Shown: piece after piece, positions 49,200 to 61,629 of the stretch | Layout of the letters: the number at the start of each line of letters is the position of its first letter | How positions within the stretch are numbered: the stretch's first letter is position 1 | Origin: Raillietiella orientalis | Lineage: Eukaryota | Length of the DNA stretch: 64,000 nucleotides | Direction: 5' to 3' | NCBI GenBank assembly: GCA_036172245.1 | Contig: JAYWIR010000001.1 | Span: forward strand, 10,168,001 to 10,232,000 | Position numbers and translations under genes: made by a program | The notes under the pieces: model-generated | What the model was told of the DNA's origin: nothing | What the model saw: the letters and a program-made list of their open reading frames with translations, nothing else | The model's database searches: none

Positions 49200-50110
49200 A
49201 GCGTGGTCCTTCCGCTTGGAAAGGGCGCAACGTGCCCTGGCCCGCTTTCGCGACGGGGAACTGTTACTTCGCGAGGGGTCAGTAGCCTGGAACCGTTTCG
49301 TCGCTCCCATGTCCCGGTTCCTTTCCTTTGTGCGTCCCGAAAACACTGTTGGCCAGGCTGAAGCGACAAACGACAGTGAGGCTTCGCCAAATCCGGGGTG
49401 CGACAGAGGCACTTGGTTCCTTTCTCCAAGAAGGTGCGAACTCATCCTCCCCCGGATGGATGCAGATACTTACCTCGTTCGGGAGATTGTCCTCGTCACG
49501 AGGCTGCGGAACGCCCGTCCGCAAGGGTGCGTTTCCTCGGGCATACGCCTGAAGACCGCAGGATACCGCGAAGGATGCGTTTTCTCGCGCAACCGCAGGC
49601 GAGGGCGGCGTTTGGGTCGCCCGCTTCTTTCCATCGCGCTGCTGACGGGGGAGCACGATGGGAGTGCCGCCGAATTGGAATCCCTGGAAACGAGAGTGAG
49701 GCTAGAAAGACCAGTCCACCCTGACAGAAGTGTCGGTGGCCGTCTGGGGAGCCTTTCTTCTCCTTTCCCCCTTGCAGGAATATCCGACGATGTTGGTCTG
49801 CTCCCAGGTCCTGCAACCATCGTTTACGTCCATCACTTCATCGGTGGTACCGAGAGGAAGACGATACCCGTATCACGCACCATCCAGCTCGTTGGTCAGT
49901 GGACAGCAGCTCTCTTGCCGGAGGAGACCTCTCCGAAAGTGCCAGCTCGGGATCCCTGGAGGTGGACGGAGTCCTTGGAGATTCCCCAGAAGGACTTTCT
50001 GGTGGACGCTTTCGTTCTGCCTCTTCGGTACCAGTCTGTCTGGCGATCACATCTGACTGGCTCTCTGTGCGCCTCCTCACGAAACAAGGAGAACCAGCAC
50101 CTGGTTCAGA
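49200..50110 (-). mobile_element. APE endonuclease remnant
   Basis: ORF 49470..49820 'LTLVSRDSN' (GDFN position), 'AVFRRMPE..AFRS..TISRTR' (D.FR..HP..FT..SRID). Confidence 0.45.
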
Positions 50111-50229
50111 GCGGAGAGTAAGCAAAGTAGCCACCCCCCACCCCCCTGGGGAACGGTGGGGACGCTCTCGCTCGTAGTGCTGGAGAGCGGGAGGCTACTG
50201 TGGTTAGGGACGGAAGCGCATCTCAGCAG

Positions 50230-50760
50230 AGTCTCTTTGGTTCCACGCTGTCGCTCTGGAAGACTACCTCAAAGAGATGATCACTCCTCCAAGCTTGCCA
50301 GCTATCTAGCCCCCGACCACCCTCCACCACGTGCGAACAGCGGTGTCGGCCAAAACGGCGGGCGGGCGGCGCCGATATCCCAGAGAGCCATTTGCAAGAG
50401 CCATCGCATCTTCATGCGGAGGATGAAATGCACCGATCTGGGAATTGGAGTGCGGGGGAACTTGCGAGCGCTTGTGGGAAGACTGACCCGAAACTGGAGA
50501 TAGCACCCCCGGCTTCCATCTCCCTCCTGCCCCTACCAAACCCTTGGGAATAAATAAGCTATCGTGAGACCAATCCCATTCTCCACTTATTTATTTATTC
50601 ATTGTCTCTTCCCTACACTTCTTCCACCCCCTCCTAGTTCTGTACCTTTGCGAGAGAAGTCTCTTTGGGTTGGGGCCGACGCACGTCGGCCCTTGCCTAT
50701 CTGTAGTTGTGTAATTTGATTTATTTATTTTTATTAAAATGGCCCAGCTATCCGGGAAGA
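50230..50760 (+). mobile_element. LINE 3' end with UTR
   Basis: Pyrimidine/T-rich UTR, hairpin gggccgac-gcac-gtcggccc (50673-50692), degenerate terminal attaaaatggcccagctatccgggaaga (50733-50760). Confidence 0.45.
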
Positions 50761-51001
50761 GAAGGTTACTCTGCAAGGATGGAAACTCTAGTTAAGACAC
50801 TTCTGTCTGTCCTCGGCTGCCTGGAGCTATTTTTTCCCGAAAAAAAAAAACAAAACATTCCCGTTTCCTCCTCCCCTTGCTCCATTATCCAGCACTTCAG
50901 GGATGGGCCGCAGCACCTGCCTAATGACACGACTCCTTTTCCCGGCCTGCCTGTTATTTCCTCGCTGGCCATTCACGCGCCAGCAACAGTGGCCTCCAAA
51001 A

Positions 51002-51330
51002 CGGAGGGTGGGTGTGGCCGACATGCTAGAGAGCCTCTTGCAATCGCCTTCGTCTGCAGGCGAAATCGACTAATGTGCAAGGAACGATTGTGGGCCGACG
51101 AACCTGACACGCCTGCAAACGCTCCCCTTTCCTTCCGTACCTTTCTTGCCTAGGACAGACCCACGGGGATCACGTTCGGAGCCCGTCAGGCATGTGTGTC
51201 CCTTTCCCTTCTTTTGCTGACCCTTCCCTGGTTCTGCCCCCAACAAGGGTGTCCACCCTTTCGTTATGGTTCTCTTCCAACTGCAAAAACTTTAGTTATT
51301 TATGCAAAACAAGTGTCTAGGAAATCGGAA
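51002..51330. repeat. Interspersed ~340 bp repeat, copy 2
   Basis: Colinear with 21495-21835. Confidence 0.9.
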
Positions 51331-52299
51331 GTCAAAGGATCACACTGGAACCTCGAGTTCAATTAAGTGAACATACATGAACATGCCTTGAGAACTGGAT
51401 CCAAGGGTCGCCGTCATACTCACCGGTAGAGGAGGAGGAAATAATGTGCACAGTAAGGAGGGAGAGTTATGGTGTTAATGTGGAAGGATAAGAGCACGTA
51501 GGTAGACATGTATGGATGTGCACACCATGTGAAGAAACACCGAGAGCATGCGCCCACCGTATTTGGGATGAAGAGATGAGATGGTGCGAGATGGAAATCT
51601 CCAGGCCTTATCCGCCTCCCTATAATCCGGAGGGGTTCTCCTTTTCGGAGAAAAAGTGAGACCGTCCTGCTGTCTGCCTCATCTTGGGTGAAGCGAAGCG
51701 GATGGTCGCCCTCCTGCGGCTTCCGCTCCGGCGCGCGGAGATCCGCGCATCTATTCCACCCCGTTCCAGTTGCTTGGGGGAGCAGCGGGATAGAACATTT
51801 GCTTTCAAGGATGTGCCGTTGCTTTCTCGCGCCCAGGAGGAGGGGGGAGAGAATAACCCTGCAGGAGGTCGGCACAAGCGCACCCCGAACCACTCATCCG
51901 GTCCGAGAAAACTTCCAGAGTCAGCGTACTGCGTCGATCTTTTCCTGTTTCGCATCGGAGTGGAAGAGTTCGTTGGCGGAGGATTCCAGAGATATCCCGA
52001 GAGTTTTGCTAGCGGCTTTACAAGGCTAGTGGGACCGTTGGCGAGCCAGCAGTCCTTCCACGCACTCGGCTACCTGGAACCATCTTTCCCAAAAAAGGAA
52101 AAAGAAAACAGTCCGTTTCCACTTCCTCCTCTCCCTGCTTCACTAGTCAGCATCCTGGTACCTTATCTGGAGCAGTCTCCGAACTTCTTCCGTGGTGGCT
52201 GGAACGGTTCCCTCGATCCTCCTAATAGGATGCAGAGTGAGGGACTGGACAGCACCCGTGCATCTGTATGCTTCCTTCTGGATGCATTCTAAGATCTCG

Positions 52300-52950
52300 G
52301 ACTCGCTTCGTGAGATTTTTCCAGGAAGTAATAATCCCCGAAGGGGTAAGTTCGCTGGCTGATATTCCTTTCGGGTATGGCACATGCGTGAGTTCGGAAA
52401 GAACGTTTCACGCCACTGACGTGTCTGAGCGAAGGGAAGAGGAATCTGACGTCTTAGAAGGGAGCAGGTTGCATCCCTGACGCGATGTACTGACGAGGAC
52501 TTCCCTGAGTAAGAAGTGGCGATCCCTGAAAAAGTCCCTCATTGCGCCGTCATGAGCCTCCCTGGAAGGATTGCCGTGGATTATTCTTTGGAAACTCTCA
52601 AGGTGCGTGACGTACGTTTTCATTAGAATGGAGCGATCAAGGGTGACAGGCAAGCAAATGCTCCTTGAGGCCTGCAAAAGAACGGCACTTGCTGAAGGAA
52701 AACTCTGGAGCCTAGGCGCGACCTTCGGGCTTTTACTGACTTGTGGTACGGTTACCCGGATCATGCGAGCAGCCCTGTCTTGTCAGGACTGCCTCAACTA
52801 ACGGTCTTTCTTCCATCTTTCACGGGTTCTTGAGGGCTTCTGTTCGCTCGTTACTCCGTGAGGAATGGGGAAGATTCACTGTGCTTCCTCGGTGCCCTAC
52901 TTCGGACGAGCAGATTTCAATCTGGGAACCTCCTCTATATGAGAAAAATA
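52300..52950 (-). mobile_element. Gag-like ORF1 remnant homologous to 2228..2728
   Basis: 'SICLPVTLDRSIL' (ORF 52408..52764) versus 'RRLLPITVDRSIL'. Confidence 0.6.
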
Positions 52951-55727
52951 AGGAAGTTCAGGACTGAGAGGCCGTGAATCCACCTTCCCAGCACACCTAC
53001 CCATTTCTGCCTCTTCCTCTTTGCAGACACCAGAGGCCCTGCTTTCTTATTCAAGAACACTTCTTGCAGCAGGTGCCTTCTGCTCTCCCGCGCTCCCAAG
53101 CATCTTCTAGTGAGCGGATATCAGCAGAGCAGTCGTAAAGCTCCGTCCCATCCCTCTCGTCTCGGAACACAAAGCGCAATGACTTGTTTCTGGAGCTAGA
53201 AAGGAGCTGATGAAATTTTCTACCCTTCTTTATTCATCGAGCTTCTAGAAATTTACCGTCCCCCTCCCTTGTGTTTCTCACCCTCTGGCGTTCTTAAATT
53301 TGATTTCATAGTTCAGGACTTGAGCGACCTGAATTCTCATCCAGGGTCCTTCCACTTTCAGTGCGCAACCAAAGGAAAATCCTTTTTCACATGATGTCCG
53401 GTCCTCCTGGAAAGAAGATGGAAGTGAGGGTGCTGAGGCCTGAAATCAAGCTCCCTTGGGGCACACGGTAATTGCAACTGCGTCCTTATTTCGTCATAAC
53501 TCAGGGGAATACATATGAAGCACGAAGTCTTTCGGAACGTGCTGACGAGCCTCAGCGAACGTGCTGGAACCTCTTAACTTCCCCATCAAGTTCCCATCGT
53601 CCCCATTTGTATTGGAACCGAAAGGCACAAAGCAATCCGATTTGGGGGATTAGACGGCCTCTTGTAGGCGCGAAATTCAAACTCCTCCTTCCGTCGTCAA
53701 ATGAGCATCGCGCTGCCGCAATCCTCCCTCATCGTATCTTGCAACATGCAATGAATATCTGAAGTACCCCTTCATCTCGCTCATCGCCGAGGGATTGGCT
53801 CATCATCTCTCCGGGCTTTTGGCTGAGAACAATATTGGAACCAGAGGTTAGGACATCAGCCAGACGACGCTGACCCGCCAGAAGAAGAGGTAACTGGAAT
53901 GGCAACCCAGGAGCAGAATGCAGAGTCACTTCTCCAGGCTGCCGGCTCTTCCTTGGAGTTCTTATTCCTGGTACTGCAGAGGAACTTCTGGTTTCGGAAG
54001 CTGACAAAAGATGCGGTCTTGCTACTGCTCGAGGAGCCACAAACCTTTGGACTATATTTGCGGAGCTATGTATCACCTTTCTCAAGGCAATCCTTTTGTT
54101 CTTTCCGAGGACTGACATCGCCTCGGAGCTCCTTTTCTCATCAAGGACCTTAGGAACAGGAAAATCAGCTCTTCCTCACGTCGCCACCATAGAGACAAAG
54201 AAAAAACCGAAAGATGACTGGATAGCCTTCTGAGAGAGAGGACGTCAGGTCAGCTCTGTAACTCTTCCCAACGTAGCAGCACGAACCATCAGCGGAATTT
54301 GAGATGCTGAATGACCATTGACAATTCCACAGTTCCTGGTTGTCTCTGTGACAGCAGAGGATGCAATCCACGCGCTCCTGTTCTCTGAGGTGACGAAGTT
54401 CCACCTCATCCGAGTGGACATTTCTGCCAAGGTCACCTCAGCATCAGTGAGCGAACCGTTTGCTGTCCGTGAAGAGAAGACCTCTCAGGGATTCCAGCGG
54501 CTGCAAGGTGCCCCTCTTTGTCATCGGAAATGAGGAAAAGAGTGGAAACTACTGCCTTGCTAATGAGGTGGACTTATTTTCATAGGGAAAAGAGCAAGAA
54601 ACTCTGCTCTAATTCATATGTATAATAGAAAAGGAAAGTGGTCATCTTCCACTCCTGCCAGCCAATTGGCTCGTTATTCTTGGCAAGGGGAGCAGCAGGA
54701 AACATCCGTGCTCTAAACAAATGAAGGAGAAAATCTTCTGACGTGATAAGAAATGGAGAAGGAAGAAATCCTGTGGAAGTCCGAGAGGGCGAGTGCGCCC
54801 TCTCCCTGAAGCGAACGCACCGCGGAAAAGCGCAAAATGAGAAATCGAGAATCCCGCAGCCGTTCACTAGCGGTCATTTCGACAGGTCAAGACAGGCGAA
54901 ATGGCGAAGACTTTTGCCTTACCTTCTTTCCCGTCTCAAAAGAAAAGTAAATCCTGTGAACTTTCACGGCCTTCTGGGACGATAGGCCGCTGAAACAGCA
55001 TTAAGCAGCACCAGAGGACCATCCTGCATCCCGTCAAGAGCGTTCGTTCGATCGGGCTGGCTAATGGGCTCCGATTCCTCGGAAGGGAGGTATCAAGAGA
55101 CTGGATGCGTCATAGTGAGGGAATCTCGGTTGTCAGTGAAAATCCAAAGCTCAAGAGGGGATGCTATGCGACAAGATCCATTTAATGATGCAGCTAATAA
55201 GGGATGAAAATTTTTCCCTCACAGATAAAGCTAATCGAACTTTGCCACCAATGAGATTGATGCTGATTGTGGGATCCCCACTGCGTGGGAGCAGCAGTTC
55301 CTGTTTCCTCTCCCACGACCACACCCTCTTTCGTCGCGCAGTTGGGGTCGCTTCGACTGCTCCATCGTTTTCAGGACGATGTGGATCTCTGAACGCGTCT
55401 GAATGTGCAGTCTTTGGAGTTTCCCTCAAGATTTTCTGCACCTGACAGTCTTGAAACCTCCCCCAAAGGATCCCCAAATGAATTGCGCTGCTTCAATTGG
55501 ACAAGAAACTTCGAATCCTTGGACACTGATGGACTCCAGCCACACCTTGCAGTCTTGTTCCGCAACGGGTGTCTTCACACAGGTGGTATCTGTGCGGACT
55601 CAACAGGTTTCCTGCAAGCAGCTGATGGAAACCCTGATGATGAAATTTATGATGAGGATGAAATGGAACTTATTGAAGTCAGAAGTCAGAAGAGAGCCTC
55701 TAGAGAAATACCAACCGAACTCACGTC

Positions 55728-56520
55728 TTCGTTGGAAGCCATGTGGCTGTGACCTTTTCGAGCGATATCGAGCACTGCGGGTTCAAATCCCACCTGGGGA
55801 AGCATCGATGCCAGAGAAATATGTGCGTCGTGGGTTTTGAGTTCCCTCGCAGAATGACGCAGGCTATCCTATAAGCTTCAGATGCGACACTGAAGGGTAA
55901 CGGAAAGCGGATGTTCCCGTTGACTGACCGAGATTGGAAGTCGATCCTTCCAGGAACCAGGTAGCGCCACTTCCTTGCGGGGCTCCCTTCCGGTGGTGAA
56001 AGTGGAGTCGTACCATACAGTGCTTGATACAACCCTAGGAGCTTCTGGGGGTATCAACCACTCGAAGAGGTACCCCCTTCGAAGAGGATCGCCTCTCTTG
56101 AGTGTCAGGAGCACGCTGTTCCCTTGGGGGAGCGCCCTCCAGAGAAATTGGGAAGCCCTTCTTCGGGGTTTTCTTCAGAAGAGGAAACCAGGTGCGGTTC
56201 CCATGCGGGTTCCCACCAGAGAAGAAATTCCAGGAGCGGATGCTTTCCGGCTTCCCTCCTGAGAAGAAATGAGAAATGGCTAGCCCCTTCCAGTGGTCCC
56301 TCCGGAGAGAATAAGCAAGTGGTTCCCTTCGGGATTCACTTCGGAGACAACCAGGGTGGAGGGTTTTTTTCGGGGTCTTCTACCAAGCGCAAGAGCAACG
56401 GATTCCTCCTCCGACGTCCTTCCTGAGTTCATGGGGTGGTCTCTACGAGGTAGCTCCGTATAGCTTGGAGGGTTACATGCACCCTCGGAAGATGTTGAAA
56501 GTGTCAAAGAGCTTCGTGAT
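55728..56520 (+). mobile_element. Long tRNA-derived SINE-like element copy
   Basis: Head gttggaagccatgtggctgtg...gcactgcgggttcaaatcccacctgggg (B-box 55779-55791); body matches 6730-7298 through aagagcttcgtga. Confidence 0.8.
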
Positions 56521-56529
56521 CCTTCCCTA

Positions 56530-58670
56530 AGGAAACGAACGATCCTTCAGCACTTGGCGGACCAAATGTAGATGTACATGTACACCGCAGTAGCACACTC
56601 CACGGGAGAAAACCGTTGAATTTTCGTTTTTGTGGTATGCGGCGTTTAATTTCTTTTGTCCCATTAAATTTCTTCTTTCCTGCAATTTTCTTGGAAGCCT
56701 CTTGATGAAAAACTGCCGGTGATTGTGTTCACTGGAATCGCAAAAATATTTGGCTCCATCCAGAGCACGGAGGCGCACGCTGCTGCATCTTTGAAATCGT
56801 GCTGGTGGCGTGTTCACGAAGATGCTCGAAAGTTTCCACTCGAGGCAGCCCTCTATTCTCTTTTGGAAACGTATTAGCTGCATGTATAGATCGTTGCTGT
56901 CAAGATTCCGGAAAGAATTTTTCCTTGACCTGCCAAGGCTCTTTAAGGAGGGAATGAATCAACAAGAATCAGGATTCCAATTCACGTGTGGGAAGTTCGA
57001 GGGAAGAGGAACCAATTTTCACTTTCACGATGCAAAATTTAGAGCATTCAAAGCGAGTTCTAATGCCGAGTTAGGTGATTAAGGCGTGTTCCAGTAGAGC
57101 TGCAACACGCAGATACTCCTCGAAGTTACAGGAACAATGAGTTATTGCAGGATATGAAGCGAATTTTCCGAATGGAGTGAGCATCCAGTTCTTTTTCGAC
57201 GTGTACACGATAGTGATTAATCACTCAAGTGAACGCTTCACATGAGGATTCGTTGAGCGGATAACAAATATTAAAGAGGGCAGCCATAGACGACGCATTT
57301 TCTCAGCATCTCTTATCCCTTCCTTCACCTTGTGCCAGGTACACCAGCTTCGATTATCGCATGGTCATGGAAACCTATTTCAGAGCGATCTCCGAGAGAA
57401 TTTCTAAGAGCGGATTTGCAGGATGTTCACGGACACCACGCTAGGGGTGCCACAACACATGTGAAAAAGAATCAGTCAAGGTGACTACTTTGGGACCCGT
57501 TCAAGAATTCGGCACTGTTTGCGTGAAGTGGCACAAGTGTGATTCCAGCTGCACGCCGTCTAGCTGCTCCTGATCTTTCAGTTCATCCTCCACAGAGGGG
57601 ACTGTTGCGTCAGTTAAATTACGACAGCTTCCTCGAGTCAAGGCAACTGGGGATTCGTCGGAGGTTGAGTTGAACTCACGCGGCGAATGCTGGCGGCAAT
57701 GGCTGTTGCACCACGCGAACTCCCTTGCGGGTGTGAGGTTCCTGAGAGCAGTGCTTGAAGACAGTCTCACCCGTGCTTACAACTTGTGGATGACTGCTTC
57801 CAGAGTTGCATTGTCGCTTTGATGAGTAATCTGAAACATTCCGGACCGCTTCAGGAGTAACGTTTTCTAAGAGGTTGCTGCGAATTCTTGAGTTGCATCA
57901 GCGATCTGCAAGCTGCAAGCCCCAGAAAGCCCTTCTGTTGTGCTTCACGTGCCTACCCGATATTCTCCTCAGTGCCATCTGCAAACGCTCCTTGAAAATC
58001 TGCAGAGTACTCTGCCTTCCGTACGGGACTGGTTTCTCTGAGTAGCCCATCTTTCTGAAGCAAATCTTCATCATTTGTGATGGATTCATGGGGTTATGAT
58101 AAATTGATCTTAAAGTACCGTGACGAACATCCTCTCAAAGTATCAGGAAGACCCGGATGAACAATCCCAGCAAAAACAAGCGCAATACTTCAAAGGGCAA
58201 TGACCACGTTTGGTGAAAGAGATCGAAGAGCATCAAGTAGGATCAATTCTTCTGAAACGCCTTCATCTCGTCACAAACTGATCCCGTCTTCTCTCTTTGG
58301 TTTGATTCAGGAAAGTTCTCTTCCAAATGTACGATGGCGTATTAATGTGCTAACACAGCTTAATTCTGAAATGATATGATACATGAAAATGCTCTCAGCA
58401 TTCGCCGCGTGATGACCATAAAAATCTACGGCATCGTGTTTGCATTTACCAAAAGCCTGAATCCAATGAAAACTTGGATGAATGAAAAGCAGTGCTCGTT
58501 GCCATGGCAGGCATAGATTTCTCCTATAATCATGAGTACAAAATGGCAGAACAATCAGCATACATTTCAAAGCAGTTATGTTTCCAAGTATGCTCCCTTT
58601 GAGCGTGAGCACATGTGGCTGAATAGGAACACTGCTTCTCTGTGATATATTCTCGTGACTCATATGTGAT
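56530..58670 (-). pseudogene. Ankyrin plus NACHT-like pseudogene (copy L)
   Basis: 'VDFYGHHAA..CVSTLIRH' (ORF 58307..58663) and 'KRGHCPLKY' (~58190-58212) are ankyrin-like; downstream 'QRFSPVECATAVYM' (H.S.QE..AA.Y-like, ~56578-56620). Confidence 0.4.
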
Positions 58671-58939
58671 ACATTTGTTTGTGCCCTTCCTTTGGAAGAT
58701 TCTTAAACTCCTATGGATTAAAAAAAATTAGAAAGAGCAACCCATCTCCATGATGTTTCACGCTGGGTTACCTTCCCGCCCAAATATTAGCATGAGAGTT
58801 GGAATGTTCGATGTACTTTTTCTAGAACGGAAGGAGCGTTGTTCACAAATGTTTTTCAACGGCTACATAGGGATTTTTTCCATCTTTTGTTTTTCATCAG
58901 TGATTAGTCCTTTGCTTCGTTCCCTTGCTCCCGTCTAGG

Positions 58940-59640
58940 TTCGAGCACTGGGCGTCACCAAAAGCCGCCCAGAGCGAGGAGGCAGCATTTGCTTCGGTTG
59001 TCGTCAGCAGCAGCGTGTCTTCCGCGTTTTGAAATCCCGTAGGCAGTGCATCCATTCGGATCTACAGCAAAGGCATTTCAGGCCGGTATTCGGATTATCA
59101 GCCACAGACTGTTGCAGATGAGCTCAGGGCTGTTTCCTAGAAATCTGGTGCGGGAGGGGTACCGCTCGACTCCATACCTTCCGGGAGCCAATCGTGGCGA
59201 AGAGACTGCATGCTGCCTTTCCAAAGAGCCCGCGCCCGCGTAGCCATCTCAGTCTTGACGCGAAAGACTCGCGCAGGGAAGCCACGCGCCAGCTCACAGA
59301 CTGTGGCTGAACAAGTTAAGAAAACCTGTTGTGTTAGTGAGGTTTGAGGGAACGCTGAGGTTTTCGGGGAGCAACAGATTGCACGAAGGCCTGCGGAGGA
59401 CGTTCCGCTGCAGACAATGGAAAAGTTGCCCTCAGAGGCGACGGTTTTTCACTCGGTGGCGCCGGGGCGTTTATTTCAGAAAAAATAAGCAGACAGGTTG
59501 GGAACGCTGTCCCGGAGGCAACAGCGACAAGAAAGAAGTTCAGAGGGAGGGTAAGCGCATGCATCTCGGGTTCGAGTCTCCCTCCTCGTGCTGATCGAGG
59601 CGGCAAGCAGCCTCCTGGTGCCACTAGGATGCCAAAATGT
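58940..59640 (+). mobile_element. LINE ORF1 knuckle remnant
   Basis: ORF 59331..59594 'LRFSG..LHEGLRRTFRCRQWKSCP' (Y.G..R.CFRC...CP); GC-rich block. Confidence 0.4.
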
Positions 59641-61049
59641 TAGCTTTGGAATTTCCGCAGAGGCTCACGAAATCCAAAATCAACATTTTCCGCATATTCT
59701 AACACTCGGGGTTTCCAGAATCTCATGAAGTCTAATGGAATTTCGAATTGTGAAAAATTTACTACGGTTATTCCTCGTGTTTCCATCGAAACGCTTGAAT
59801 TTTCTGGTCACAAAAGCGCGCAAAGAAAACGCAGCCCCATATATTCTGTGGAAAATGGAAACGAAAAGTGGAAATCCGGAAGAAGCCAGTGTCGTTTTTC
59901 ATGTCTGTGGTAACGCTTCCTGCTCGGAAATGAATTTTCAGTCCTTGATGCTTGCATCTTGTTTTTTTTTTTTAAGGATCTTTTTCCAAAAAAACAGCAA
60001 TAAAAAGACTGCTTGCTCCACGTATGTGGGCGATTTCGCAACCGTATGATTTATGTACGCCTCACTCCAGGAATTTCCGAAACAATTTTAAGAATTCCAC
60101 GCTCGTCCTGGAGACCCGCAGATGTGCTAAAATCATATGTAGATGAATTTAATGTATGTGTTATGTGGCTGATGGCGATGTGAAATGATGCGCAACATCT
60201 CTAAGCCTTCCGGTCTCGCTCATTCGGTATCTCCCATGCCTGAGCGCTTTACCAGCCGCAGTTATATTTTCCAGCTGTCACTTTTCGTACATCCTGGGAG
60301 AATCTGTAGGGAAATATCATTGATTCAGGTCGCCATAATTCATCGGTGCATCTGGAAGTGTTGTCGACTCCGAAAGCGATCTTTCCTTTTAGCTTTCTTC
60401 TTTTTTTCGGATTTTTTCCTTTTTTTTTTTTTTTGGTACGCCAAGTGCTGAAGAACCGCTCTCCTCCCTATAGGGGCCCACCACGCTCTGCTTCGGCAGC
60501 GTGAGGCAAGGGAAACCAAACAAAATAGGGGGAAGGGGGCAGCGATATCACTGTACACTGCCAGACGTCCTCTCTAGATCCTGTTCAGGATGCTGGCAAG
60601 TTCGCTCACGTGTGATCCGCAGGTGGGTCCATCTCGTGGCGGTATTCAGGAAAGTCCGCGTTCAACGGGTGATGTCTTTCCTCCATTCTGGTCCCTTTGC
60701 CTTTCCAGACCGCCACTATCCCACGAAGAACAGCAGAGAACTGAGAGGGATGCACGGGCGGTGGCAATGCGGCACCACGCACGAAGAGGTGTTTCCAAAC
60801 CTACCTGCGACCGCTCACCGGGTTTTCAATAGTCATCGCTAGGAGATCACAGAGGGGTACCGGAGGGCATAGTATATTCCAACTGCAGGTGAGGGGGAAG
60901 TCTCCTTTTCCCACCGCCTGTCTCCCCCTTAGCATCCACCCCTCCCCTGGTCCAGTGACGAAGGCGGGCTCTTTGCATGGAGTTCCCCGATGCAAAAATC
61001 AGCAGCGCCAACTCCTGCTAATTGAGAGGCAGCGATTGGATGATAGATT

Positions 61050-61610
61050 CGGCATTCTTTCTTTCTAATGGGGGGCCACTTCGCTCCTTCTCCGGAGGAA
61101 ACCTGTCTTTGTTTCCTCCTCTGAAGGGAACCCCGAAAGGACGCTTCGCAATTTCTCTGGAGGGCGTTCCTCCAAGGGAGCAGCGAGCTTCTTACACTCT
61201 GAGGAGGCATCAACAAGCTCCATGGTATGGGATGGTGGCGCGGCTCCATTTTTACAATTGAAAGGGAACATGAAGAAACTGGACCTCCACAGTATATGTT
61301 GTCGGTATCCCGCATCCGAGGAGTAAAGGACTGCTCCCATTTTCACAAGCGAAGATGGAACCCCCCAGGGAACCGGCTTCTTGATTCCTGCTGGAATCCC
61401 GGTTGGTCAATTTCCCATCCCGGACCGGCATCCAGCTTCCACTAGTGGTGCACTCTAAGCTACGACAGCCAACCAGCGTCAGCATGTAGGGGGAACTAGA
61501 AATCTAGGATGCCCCCACTTCTCTGACGTCGATGCTCCCCGGGGCGGAATTCAGACCCGCGGCGCTGGATGCCACGCGCGAAGACCGCAGCCACACTGAC
61601 CCCAACGCGG
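61050..61610 (-). mobile_element. Long tRNA-derived SINE-like element copy
   Basis: Minus strand gttggggtcagtgtggctgcggtc...gcgccgcgggtctgaattccgccccgggg (B-box-like 61546-61558), followed by the shared body. Confidence 0.75.
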
Positions 61611-61629
61611 ATTCCTAATTCCAGTCACT

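Noticed and set aside
49216-50121. Longest ORF (301 aa, plus strand) as a gene
   Set aside because: No domain motifs; it is the antisense shadow of a GC-rich endonuclease remnant.
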